Positions 47,564 to 56,260 of a stretch of DNA of 64,000 nt are shown one piece after another. How positions within the stretch are numbered: position 1 is the stretch's first letter; every line of letters starts with the position of its first letter. Position numbers and translations under genes: made by a program. Origin of the DNA: Promethearchaeota archaeon (GTDB lineage: Archaea; Asgardarchaeota; Hermodarchaeia; Hermodarchaeales; Hermodarchaeaceae); the NCBI GenBank assembly GCA_048939595.1, contig JBHLPI010000002.1, positions 13,058 through 77,057 on the forward strand, in the 5' to 3' direction. The notes below the pieces were generated by a model. The model did no database searches and had not been told where the DNA came from. It worked only from the letters and a program-made list of their open reading frames with translations.

Positions 47564-47711
47564 CAATCACACCAAAAACTAGAGAGGTAACCAAGAAGGG
47601 GGAAGAAACCCCAAGTTCGATAATAATACAGTAGGCCCCAGAGCCCCTCTTGGTCAATTTGCCGCTGGACCTTTTTTTCTCAATCCCGAGGAAAGCCAGT
47701 TTAAACCAGTC

Positions 47712-47753
47712 GAACTCTGTCCCAGTGCAGGCGAGAAACACTGGGACAGAGCC
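47712..47753. terminator. Perfect 13-bp hairpin between convergent genes.
   Basis: The hairpin is CTCTGTCCCAGTG-caggcgagaaa-CACTGGGACAGAG. A T7 run at about 47673 precedes it on the plus strand. Confidence 0.4.
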
Positions 47754-47763
47754 CTATGACTGG

Positions 47764-48222
47764 TTAGGTGGCATCATCGAGGACTAAGCTAACGAATTTA
47801 CCCAATCGACCTGTGTGCTGGATGGCATTCTTGAGCCGGGCCTCGTGCGATTCCTTTTTGACGAGAAGATGATTCTCTCGCACGACGACGAGTTCGGTGA
47901 GAAGATCATAGAGCCGACGTAATTCCATTCGATCGACTTGCTGAGAAAGGCGTTCCAGGAGGCGGAACACGTCGTTCATCTCAACCTTCTCAAGCTGGTC
48001 AATAGAGTCCGTGACATTTTGCGACCGCAAAAAGGACCGGGCTAGGCGTAAAACTGGGTCGCTATTGTCATCTGTCCCTGTGGTCACGGCAATTCCCCTC
48101 AGTGTCGCCATACTAAGCACCCCCAATGCTAGCGACGCTTGAGACTTCATGACCAGCCGGCTCAACGCGGACACGCACTCCTGCTGGAGTAGCTTCCACG
48201 GTGATCCGACCACTAAGACCAC
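47764..48222 (-). CDS. Hypothetical protein with a helical C-terminal domain.
   Basis: This 152-aa ORF overlaps the next ORF by 110 nt in another frame. Confidence 0.35.
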   Translation of the reverse strand: MVLVVGSPWKLLQQECVSALSRLVMKSQASLALGVLSMATLRGIAVTTGTDDNSDPVLRLARSFLRSQNVTDSIDQLEKVEMNDVFRLLERLSQQVDRMELRRLYDLLTELVVVRENHLLVKKESHEARLKNAIQHTGRLGKFVSLVLDDAT

Positions 48223-48415
48223 AGGTATCCTTGACTAATTCTAGTAACAAGCTACCAATCGCTCCGATTTCACGAAGGTCTTCACTTCCCGTCTTTGGGG
48301 TAATGTCGATATCGATTGGGTGGGCGTCAATGACGCTTACAATTCGCTGGGTTCCTTCCATTATTTCTGTAGCCACTTTTTTCTCCACCTTTCTAAACAC
48401 AAGTGGGAAAAACAT
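48113..48415 (-). CDS. Hypothetical protein, possibly the N-terminal part of one gene with 47764-48222.
   Basis: This 100-aa ORF ends inside the downstream ORF. A frameshift or overlapping genes would both explain it. Confidence 0.3.
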   Translation of the reverse strand: MFFPLVFRKVEKKVATEIMEGTQRIVSVIDAHPIDIDITPKTGSEDLREIGAIGSLLLELVKDTCGLSGRITVEATPAGVRVRVEPAGHEVSSVASIGGA

Positions 48416-48810
48416 CAGAATGTGAGCCCAATACCGTGTTGATTAATGATCGACTGAGCAAGCCATCTCAGTCAGTCTTTAGTACGGAAACGGATTCGTT
48501 GCGTGCGGTTCCATTGTTCGGTTTTCACATCCGGTGGGTTTTTCCCTTGCGAGTGTGTTTGCTGGAATCTAATACAATCAATGTGCAGCAGCCTTTATAT
48601 GGGGGTTCATGGAGCGGGTAACGGAGCTGACAAAAAAGCCGAATCGGCGAACAGAGAACGGGTAATCGCATGTTGTCACTTAAACTCTGTTGGGTTCACG
48701 TTTTTGTCTAACAGAGAATTAAGTCCGCTTCTAAATTTGTGCTTTTTCGTCAAAAGGAAACTTTTTATGCCATAATCTTTCTTTCTGACGATGGTGTGGC
48801 GCGCGTGGCA

Positions 48811-50232
48811 ATGGCAGCGGATGCATGGGATTTGCTCAACACTCTGAAGGGCAATATTCAGTCCTCGATGCGCCCAAGCGAGGAACTTCTTGAAGTAACA
48901 CAATTACTCGATAATCTCCGAGTATATTCTAAGCGAGTTAAGGGTATACCCCTAACTCATGAAGACTATGAGCTGGTTCCCCACAGATATTTTGACGGAT
49001 TATCAACAGCACCACGCGAGCGGATTTACAATTCTCTTGTCCGTCGTCTAAAAGTAATCTTGCGGTTCAATATCACATCATATGAAAAGGTTTCCCGTGA
49101 TTTACTTCGTGGCTTAGTAACTGATGAAACAGAGAGACTAAATGGAAGAGAGCTTCGACTACTTAGTATACTTTATCAGCGTCCAAAAACTCCTCAGGCA
49201 CAGGTGGCAAAGGAACTCAAAATTAGTATGCCAACTATGAGAAAAGATCTCAAAGTTTTAGAAGAAAAAATTGGGTTACGCTTCGCCAATCTTGTGGATT
49301 GGGGCAGATTCAAGCTAAGACATTATGGTATCTTCTTTGTTACAAAGGGGGTTGATCTTTCTAAACGGGTTCAAGCCATCTTCAACAATGAGATGTCGAC
49401 CTATCTGACTACAGCTGTTTTCGATACTACCTTTCGGCGAGGGTTTGTTGGTTTTCGAATTCCAGATCAAGGAAAACCAGTTCAACTATTCCTTGACCAG
49501 ATACAATTTTTGGATGACGAGTTCTTCGAAATATGTCAGATTCATGAGATTCAGAAGTATTATCAAGCGATATGCTTCGACCATTTTGATTATGAGTCCA
49601 GTACCTGGTTAATTGAAGGCGATGTGTCTTCTATGGGACTACTCAATTTCGTCCGGGAAAATTGGGCTGTTCTACCGAAGCCACGGGGATTATCCAATAC
49701 ATTAGCACGTTCCTTTGATCAGTTGGACTATTATCTTGCTTGTTTTCTCATTGGTGATGGTCGGGCCAATATGAAGAAAATACTTCAACGATTAAGTGCT
49801 AGAGGAATAGAAGCTCCGCGAACAACAGTTTCAACGCGGAAAACTCGCTTAAGTAAGGAAAAGACATTAGAACCATATTTTATTTTTTCAACACCACAAT
49901 TACCTTTCTTTATCACGTTTGCTATTCGGTGTGAACCTCACATCGCTGAGCAGATTGTTGTTGCTGTTGCCCAGATGCCATTGGCTTTTGCTACAATCTC
50001 GAATATCGGGTGCGTTGTGAATGTCCAAGTGCCTTCTCGAAGCTTGGGTCAGATTCTAAATCTTCTTTCATTGACACACCAGGAAGATGATGTTCATGAG
50101 GTTTGGCAGATGCAGCAGTATAAGAACGTTGGATCTGTAGACCCAGCTAATATTGCTCCGAAGTGGAATGGTTCGTATTGGAATTGGTCCGAAGAAGAAT
50201 TCACCATTCCCTCATTTGGGCGCGAATATTAG
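48811..50232 (+). CDS. Member 3 of the double-HTH paralog family.
   Basis: The alignable start is MAADAWDLLNTLKG. Shared motifs are Y.LVPHRYFDGLS and RLK.ILRFNIT. The HTH is LYQRPKTPQAQVAKELKISMPTMRKDLKVLEE. The ORF track begins at 48739. Confidence 0.5.
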   Translation: MAADAWDLLNTLKGNIQSSMRPSEELLEVTQLLDNLRVYSKRVKGIPLTHEDYELVPHRYFDGLSTAPRERIYNSLVRRLKVILRFNITSYEKVSRDLLRGLVTDETERLNGRELRLLSILYQRPKTPQAQVAKELKISMPTMRKDLKVLEEKIGLRFANLVDWGRFKLRHYGIFFVTKGVDLSKRVQAIFNNEMSTYLTTAVFDTTFRRGFVGFRIPDQGKPVQLFLDQIQFLDDEFFEICQIHEIQKYYQAICFDHFDYESSTWLIEGDVSSMGLLNFVRENWAVLPKPRGLSNTLARSFDQLDYYLACFLIGDGRANMKKILQRLSARGIEAPRTTVSTRKTRLSKEKTLEPYFIFSTPQLPFFITFAIRCEPHIAEQIVVAVAQMPLAFATISNIGCVVNVQVPSRSLGQILNLLSLTHQEDDVHEVWQMQQYKNVGSVDPANIAPKWNGSYWNWSEEEFTIPSFGREY

Positions 50233-50289
50233 ACCACCTTTGCGAAAGGATTTTGTTTCATTGAACCTATTCTATGAGTCCTTTCCTAA

Positions 50290-51333
50290 TTGGTGGTGTC
50301 AATAATAAATACACAATTAGCTGTCCGAGAAGGAGATTTCGTTGAAACGACCGAAGGGTTGATTTTTGATGTGAAAGGATTGGTGCATCCTCCAAATAGA
50401 GTGATTGCGTTTTTACGATATTATCCTTCGGCTAAGGGGAAACGAGAACGGGATGGTCAGCGGTATGACAAGGTCTACCATTTGGCAGAGCGATTTGATT
50501 TTCTCAAACAGCACTATTCTCATTATCTATATGATGACCCAGTATTTGGTCGGGAGTTGCAAGGAATTCCAATTGAATCGATTAAGAAAGTCTACCAACC
50601 CAAAGCAAGTCTTGTGAGATTAAAGGAAATTGAAACGCGGGATGCATTGCAGCAAGATGTGGTGACGTTCACAGAGATGATTCAAGAACAGGCTAAGATA
50701 TCAGTAGAAGCTCTTGGGATATCCGGAAGCATCCAAGTCAATTTGCATGGTCCCACCTCTGATATTGATCTTATCGTCTATGGTCGACGAGAAGCTCGAA
50801 CATTGCAACTAGCCCTTAGACGAGCGCATATGGTTCCCGACGAGGGGATTTCAGCATATCAATTGGATACCTATGCTGCTGTGTATAATCTTCGCTGGTG
50901 TGGGACCAGTATTCCGATTGAAACGATGTTGTTGGTTGATGGGCTTAAATCAATGCATGGAATTTTTGGTGGTCACCATTATTTCATCCGAGCAGTTTTA
51001 GATTGGGATGAGGTTCAAGAGCGGTATGGGGATTGCAAGTACCGTCAGGTAGGCCATGCCCGGGCACGGTGTCGAGTGACAGATGATCGCGATGGACTGT
51101 TTACACCTTGCCGATATGAGGTTGATGACGTGACGATTGTGAAAGGAACCAAATCAAAGGATGTTCGTGAGATTGTGAGTTTTCGTGGACGTTTTGCTGA
51201 GCATGTACGACAAGATGAAGAAGTTATTGTTCAGGGTGCTCTCGAATCTGTTCAGAAAGGTAATGAGAAATGGACCCGATTTCTACTTGGAGATACACCG
51301 ACAGATATCTTATTACCCAGTAATTTGCTTTGA
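50290..51333 (+). CDS. Pol-beta-superfamily nucleotidyltransferase, paralog 1.
   Basis: The GS-x9-DxD motif is GISGSIQVNLHGPTSDIDLIVYG. An N-terminal domain of about 150 aa precedes it. Confidence 0.55.
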   Translation: MVVSIINTQLAVREGDFVETTEGLIFDVKGLVHPPNRVIAFLRYYPSAKGKRERDGQRYDKVYHLAERFDFLKQHYSHYLYDDPVFGRELQGIPIESIKKVYQPKASLVRLKEIETRDALQQDVVTFTEMIQEQAKISVEALGISGSIQVNLHGPTSDIDLIVYGRREARTLQLALRRAHMVPDEGISAYQLDTYAAVYNLRWCGTSIPIETMLLVDGLKSMHGIFGGHHYFIRAVLDWDEVQERYGDCKYRQVGHARARCRVTDDRDGLFTPCRYEVDDVTIVKGTKSKDVREIVSFRGRFAEHVRQDEEVIVQGALESVQKGNEKWTRFLLGDTPTDILLPSNLL

Positions 51334-51355
51334 GTAATGTATTGGTGGTTTTTGG

Positions 51356-52402
51356 GTGGCGCGTCTTCCAAAAGATAAGGATTTTGTAGAAACCAAAGAG
51401 GGACTATTTTTCACAATTGTCGGGTATTTGCACCCTCCTGATGCGTACACGGCGTATTTGAAATATCGTCCAGACCCTAAAGGAAAATGGGAACGAGGAG
51501 ACGTGCGTTACGAACGGATGATGCAAGTCTATAGTGCTGCGGAAGTGCAATCGAGTAGTAATTGGCTATTAGAGAATCACCCGAAGTATATTCAACTCGA
51601 CCCAGTTAGAGGATTTAAACTACCCTTGGTACCGTGGAAGAGTACGGTCGCATACTATTTGCCGGAGGTTCGAATGGCAGAAATCATCCGTAATCCACAA
51701 GATCCATTGGAATCGAAGGCGAAAGCCTTAGTGACTTTGCTTTCTGAGACTAGCGAGGTTGAACCCTCCCATTTTGGAGTTTCAGGTTCAATCTTGTTGG
51801 AAATTCACAATCCCATGTTCTCTGATATTGATTTACTCGTTTATGGTCAAGAAAACGTGCACCGAGTTCGGGATGTGATGGATGAGTTATTTGGCGAAAA
51901 TAAGGTAAAGCCATACTCAGGTGAAGAGATTCAAGCCTGGCAGCTTCGACAAGTCCGAACCCTAGGAATTCCTGCACGATATGCAGAGCAAATAGCATGG
52001 TCACATTGGCAACGAGGGCGGTTTGGAAAAACCTCGTTTTCGATTAATCCCATCCGGATGGACGGAGAAATAATGAACCAATATGGAACAGAAACCTATT
52101 CTCCGGTAGAAACAGTTGAATTCACAGCCACAATCATAGAAGATGAATCGAATTTATTCGTTCCAGCGCGATACTTTGTTGGTGACATTTCAATAGAGGA
52201 AGGAAACACTGAATTGCCTGCACTGACTGAAGTCGTCTCGTTTGAGGGAGTATTTTCTGCGGTTTTTAACAAAGGTGATCGCGTGCGAATTCGTGGCATG
52301 GTTGAAGCAATTCGTGATCAACAAGGAAACATCTTACGAAACCAAGTTATTGTTGGAGCACTATCTGCACAGGGTTGGATTATCCGTCTACCATCATCCT
52401 AG
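51356..52402 (+). CDS. Pol-beta-superfamily nucleotidyltransferase, paralog 2.
   Basis: The motif is GVSGSILLEIHNPMFSDIDLLVYG. It is collinear with paralog 1 (DFVET.EGL.F...G..HPP). Confidence 0.55.
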   Translation: MARLPKDKDFVETKEGLFFTIVGYLHPPDAYTAYLKYRPDPKGKWERGDVRYERMMQVYSAAEVQSSSNWLLENHPKYIQLDPVRGFKLPLVPWKSTVAYYLPEVRMAEIIRNPQDPLESKAKALVTLLSETSEVEPSHFGVSGSILLEIHNPMFSDIDLLVYGQENVHRVRDVMDELFGENKVKPYSGEEIQAWQLRQVRTLGIPARYAEQIAWSHWQRGRFGKTSFSINPIRMDGEIMNQYGTETYSPVETVEFTATIIEDESNLFVPARYFVGDISIEEGNTELPALTEVVSFEGVFSAVFNKGDRVRIRGMVEAIRDQQGNILRNQVIVGALSAQGWIIRLPSS

Positions 52403-52498
52403 TCGACTTGCAAACGAGCTCCAGTTTCGGATTTCAGCAAGAGATTTATTAGGGGTCATCAGTTATCGATTGCAATTAGCAGTGGAGTGTGAAACATC

Positions 52499-52897
52499 AT
52501 GTCCAGCTTGGAAGTCGTGTTACTGACTGGTCGAACCCGTCGACAGGGTGTCGGATTAGAGGCGGGGAAACTCAGCGAGATTTACCATGAAGCCACCACT
52601 CAGATTCGACTTGATCCCATTGATTTAGAGAAACTCAAAATTGAATCCGGTGATACTGTGGAAGTCAGTACTGAACATGGCAGTGTCGTGCTTCGAGCAG
52701 AAGCGGCACCCCGAGCTAGCGAAGGCATGGGATTCATTCCGTATGGTCCATGGGCGAATTGTGTCATTAGCGGCGATACAGATAGTACGGGCATGCCGAC
52801 GATGAAAGGATTGAAAGCAAAGGTAACACCTGCCCCCGATAAGCAAGTCCTTACTCTTCAAGAATTACTAGCTGAGATGCGTAACACACCCACCTAG
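52499..52897 (+). CDS. fwdD: Formylmethanofuran dehydrogenase subunit D-like (molybdopterin dinucleotide-binding domain).
   Basis: The sequence LLTGRTRRQG...GDTVEVSTEHGSVVLRA...FIPYGPWANCVISGDTDSTGMPTMKGLKAKV matches the FwdD/FmdD pattern. Confidence 0.65.
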   Translation: MSSLEVVLLTGRTRRQGVGLEAGKLSEIYHEATTQIRLDPIDLEKLKIESGDTVEVSTEHGSVVLRAEAAPRASEGMGFIPYGPWANCVISGDTDSTGMPTMKGLKAKVTPAPDKQVLTLQELLAEMRNTPT

Positions 52898-52898
52898 T

Positions 52899-55112
52899 TT
52901 GACTACATTCCAGTACTGGGGGAATTTCATGATCACATATATTATACTGGGTATTGCAATCTTCATCGGATTATTAGCTATTCTCGTGGCGTTGGTTTTC
53001 TATCGACTTGTTATGCGAGCAGATGAAGGAAATGAACGGATGCGCGAAGTAAGTAACCTCATTGAAGAGGGGGCATATTCATTTCTACGTGTTCAGTATC
53101 GGATTCTTGCTGTCTTTGCTATTCTAATGGCGATAGTCATTGCTTTTGCTGAGTTTTTCTTTGGAGCTTCAAATATCGCAGCCAAAGCCTTAGCCCTTGC
53201 CATCTCCTTCATCATTGGCTCATTTGCAAGCATGGTAGCTGGCTATATTGGAATGATGGTCGGAACACGAGCTAACCGTCGGACGGCTGCAGCGGCGGCA
53301 ATGGGTGGAATGAATCCAGCATTTCGAGTCGCCTTTCGAGCTGGATCGGTCATGGGGCTTGTAATTAGTGGACTCGCCTTGGTCGGAATTGCCTCCCTGT
53401 ATTTGATTTGGAACTTTGTTTTTGCTCCCCTTGGTATCACAGGAGGTGTTGCCCTTTGGGAAATCATCGTGGGTTTTTCCTTTGGAGCAAGTAGTGTCGC
53501 ACTCTTCGCGAGAGCCGGTGGAGGAATTTACACCAAAACTGCAGATATCGCTGCAGATATTGTTGGCAAAGTTGAATTTGAAATCCCTGAAGATGATCCA
53601 AGAAACCCTGCGGCAGTCGCTGATGCGGTCGGGGACAATGTCGGTGATATCGCTGGTACGGGGGCAGATATTTTTGACAGTAATATCGCTGCCATTCTAG
53701 CGGCAGCGATTTTAGGCGCAACAATCGATGTAGCCTTGACTGGGAACGGGATCTTTGTTCTTATTCCCTATGGAATGATCCCATTGATTATTGCCACACT
53801 GGGAGGAATTTCAGCTATTGTTGGTGTTTTTACTGTTCGGACGAGCGATTCATGTGAGCCTAATTGCTCTCTTAATCATGGGACGTACTATTCGACCATA
53901 TTATTCGGAGTCCTTGTTGTTTTGGTCCTATTCTTACTCCAGATTCCCATTGTTCTCGCGATTGCTGGAATACTTGGGCTTTTAGCTGGTGTACTCATTG
54001 GATTTGTCTCTAACATTTTTACCAACGATTATGGTTTCAGACGGTTCCAACCTGTACAGAGCATGATTAGGTCAGCGGAAACTAGCACTGGCACCTTAGC
54101 TTTATCAGGAATTTCATATGGGCTTCTAAGCGTTGTTCCCTCCGTGATTGGCATCGTTGTTGCGTTAGTAGCTGCATTCGCCTTGGGCACACTAATCCCA
54201 ATCCCAGGACCAATTGGAGTCTGGCAGGCTGGTGTCTTTTCTATTTCCATCGCTGCTGTCGGATTATTGGCAACGAATGGCCTTGTAGTTAGTGCTGATG
54301 CTTATGGTCCAATTGTTGATAATGCTCGAGGGATCATTGAACAAGCGGGAGCTTCGAAGGAAGCGATCGAGGAATGTGACAAACTCGATGCAATTGGGAA
54401 TACAACGAAGGCAATCACCAAGGGTTTTGCAATTGGTGCTACAGCTTTGACTGTTTTTGCGCTTTTTGCTGCTTATATTCAACTTGCAACTCTACTTACT
54501 GGAGCCCCTGTCTTCATTGATATTCTGAACCCAGTTGTTCTTGCGGGTGCTTTGATAGGGGGTATGCTCCCCGTTGCCTTTTCAGCCATTCTGATTCTTA
54601 GTGTTCAAAAGAATGCAGACAAGCTGATTCATGAAATCCGCCGACAGTTCCGTGAGGATTCCGGGATTCTTGCGGGCATATCAAAGCCCGATTATGATCG
54701 AGGAATTAAGATAGCAACGCAAGGAGCACTACGAGAATTGCTACCACCAACAATTACCGCAATAGTTGTTACTATAATCACCGGTATTATTTTGGGATTA
54801 GAAGCCTTGGCAGCCTATCTTGCAGGCGCAGTAATTGTTGGACTCATTTTCGCCCTATTCATGGATAATGCTGGTGGTGCTTGGGACAACGCCAAGAAAT
54901 TCATTGAATCGACCACTTACGATCATAGCAAACCAAATTACCACGAAATTCACGCGGCATCTGTCGTAGGCGACACTATTGGGGATCCTTTCAAAGATAC
55001 TGCAGGTCCTTCACTTAATACATTACTTGCACTGACTTCTCTTACAGCAACCATATTCTTGCCACTCATCTGGACTGGACATCTATGGCTACTATTCCTA
55101 GTCTTCCCTTAG
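52899..55112 (+). CDS. hppA: Membrane-bound ion-translocating pyrophosphatase (V-PPase).
   Basis: Motifs include GGIYTKTADIAADIVGKVE, DNVGDIAGTGADIFDS and DNAGGAWDNAKK. The ORF has about 16 TM helices. Confidence 0.9.
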   Translation: MTTFQYWGNFMITYIILGIAIFIGLLAILVALVFYRLVMRADEGNERMREVSNLIEEGAYSFLRVQYRILAVFAILMAIVIAFAEFFFGASNIAAKALALAISFIIGSFASMVAGYIGMMVGTRANRRTAAAAAMGGMNPAFRVAFRAGSVMGLVISGLALVGIASLYLIWNFVFAPLGITGGVALWEIIVGFSFGASSVALFARAGGGIYTKTADIAADIVGKVEFEIPEDDPRNPAAVADAVGDNVGDIAGTGADIFDSNIAAILAAAILGATIDVALTGNGIFVLIPYGMIPLIIATLGGISAIVGVFTVRTSDSCEPNCSLNHGTYYSTILFGVLVVLVLFLLQIPIVLAIAGILGLLAGVLIGFVSNIFTNDYGFRRFQPVQSMIRSAETSTGTLALSGISYGLLSVVPSVIGIVVALVAAFALGTLIPIPGPIGVWQAGVFSISIAAVGLLATNGLVVSADAYGPIVDNARGIIEQAGASKEAIEECDKLDAIGNTTKAITKGFAIGATALTVFALFAAYIQLATLLTGAPVFIDILNPVVLAGALIGGMLPVAFSAILILSVQKNADKLIHEIRRQFREDSGILAGISKPDYDRGIKIATQGALRELLPPTITAIVVTIITGIILGLEALAAYLAGAVIVGLIFALFMDNAGGAWDNAKKFIESTTYDHSKPNYHEIHAASVVGDTIGDPFKDTAGPSLNTLLALTSLTATIFLPLIWTGHLWLLFLVFP

Positions 55113-55278
55113 GCTAAAGAAAGAGATATTTTCTAGTATCGTATGTAAATTCCGAACTAAGTAGTTCATATTCTCATCATTTTTCTTCAACAGACGCTTA
55201 AATTCTAACTGTCCGGATTCCATGAATTCAAAAGCCTCATCTTCGCAGTTGAGGCAGTTCAAATCCCTTAATTAGGGT

Positions 55279-56148
55279 ATGATTGCAATGTCAGAGAAAG
55301 ATTCGATTCGAAAACCATTGATGCCTCCTGTTCTCTTGGCAATTTTATTTTTTATTATTGCCATGGTATTTCGCATCATTGACATCTTTGTGTTACAATT
55401 ACATTTGACGAATTGGAGTATTATAACTTCGAAAGTCATCCCTCTGGTGATACTCCTTCTCTACGTGGGTATTGTCTATCGTACCTTCTCAGTACTTGGT
55501 ATTCATACAAAATATTTGATTATCAATATCATTCTAGGTGTACTAATCTATCTAGCCTACTTCGTTTTACCCTATGCACTTCAGCGTTTCATCGAACTTG
55601 TACTTGGACTAGGACCTAGCCTAAACCTCACCATTGTCCCTGCATTCTTTGTTGCCTATTATATCATCTTTTACATCATTAATTCGTTCACGGAAGAAGG
55701 AATTTTTCGTGGCCTGATGATGCGTTGTTTCATGACCAAGACGAACGGGAATGTTGCCAATATCATTCAAGCCATCTTTTTTGGCTTCTGGCATATCGTG
55801 TGGCCCATCAATGCCTTGCTGAACGGGATGGATACAGTTAGCGCAACCTGGTATGCAACATATTATGTTGCCTCGTCATTTGTCTTCGGAATTGTGACCG
55901 GATACATGTTCCAGAAAACCAGTAGTTTATGGGGCCCAATCGTATTACACACCCTCTGGAATTTCACCCTCTTCATAGTCACTCTGACTTATGTTATTCC
56001 TCCATCGGGTTTCCTCGACTTGCTAGTTTACATAACAACTTTCGGCACTGAAGTGGTCGGCGCCTTGATAGCCATCTTTATCATCCGTTTCATTAGTCAT
56101 TACCAACAACTCCCTGAACTAACGGCATGGAATGCCCCACTTCCCTGA
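55279..56148 (+). CDS. CPBP (CAAX/Abi) intramembrane metalloprotease.
   Basis: Motifs include EEGIFRGLMM, FGFWHIVW and HTLWNF. Confidence 0.7.
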   Translation: MIAMSEKDSIRKPLMPPVLLAILFFIIAMVFRIIDIFVLQLHLTNWSIITSKVIPLVILLLYVGIVYRTFSVLGIHTKYLIINIILGVLIYLAYFVLPYALQRFIELVLGLGPSLNLTIVPAFFVAYYIIFYIINSFTEEGIFRGLMMRCFMTKTNGNVANIIQAIFFGFWHIVWPINALLNGMDTVSATWYATYYVASSFVFGIVTGYMFQKTSSLWGPIVLHTLWNFTLFIVTLTYVIPPSGFLDLLVYITTFGTEVVGALIAIFIIRFISHYQQLPELTAWNAPLP

Positions 56149-56260
56149 TCCCCAATTTCATATACACTCCCTATGAATCGTAGTTTGGGCGAACCGCTTA
56201 AATGACAGAACTGCCCTTTAGACCTACACTCTATGCTAAATGCTATATGAGGCTCATACC

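Noticed and set aside
55230-55260. GGCAGTTCAAATCCC, a tRNA T-loop-like sequence.
   Set aside because: The 5' side pairs into a different local hairpin (GCCTC...GAGGC). No cloverleaf is possible. It is more likely a promoter-region hairpin upstream of the CPBP gene.
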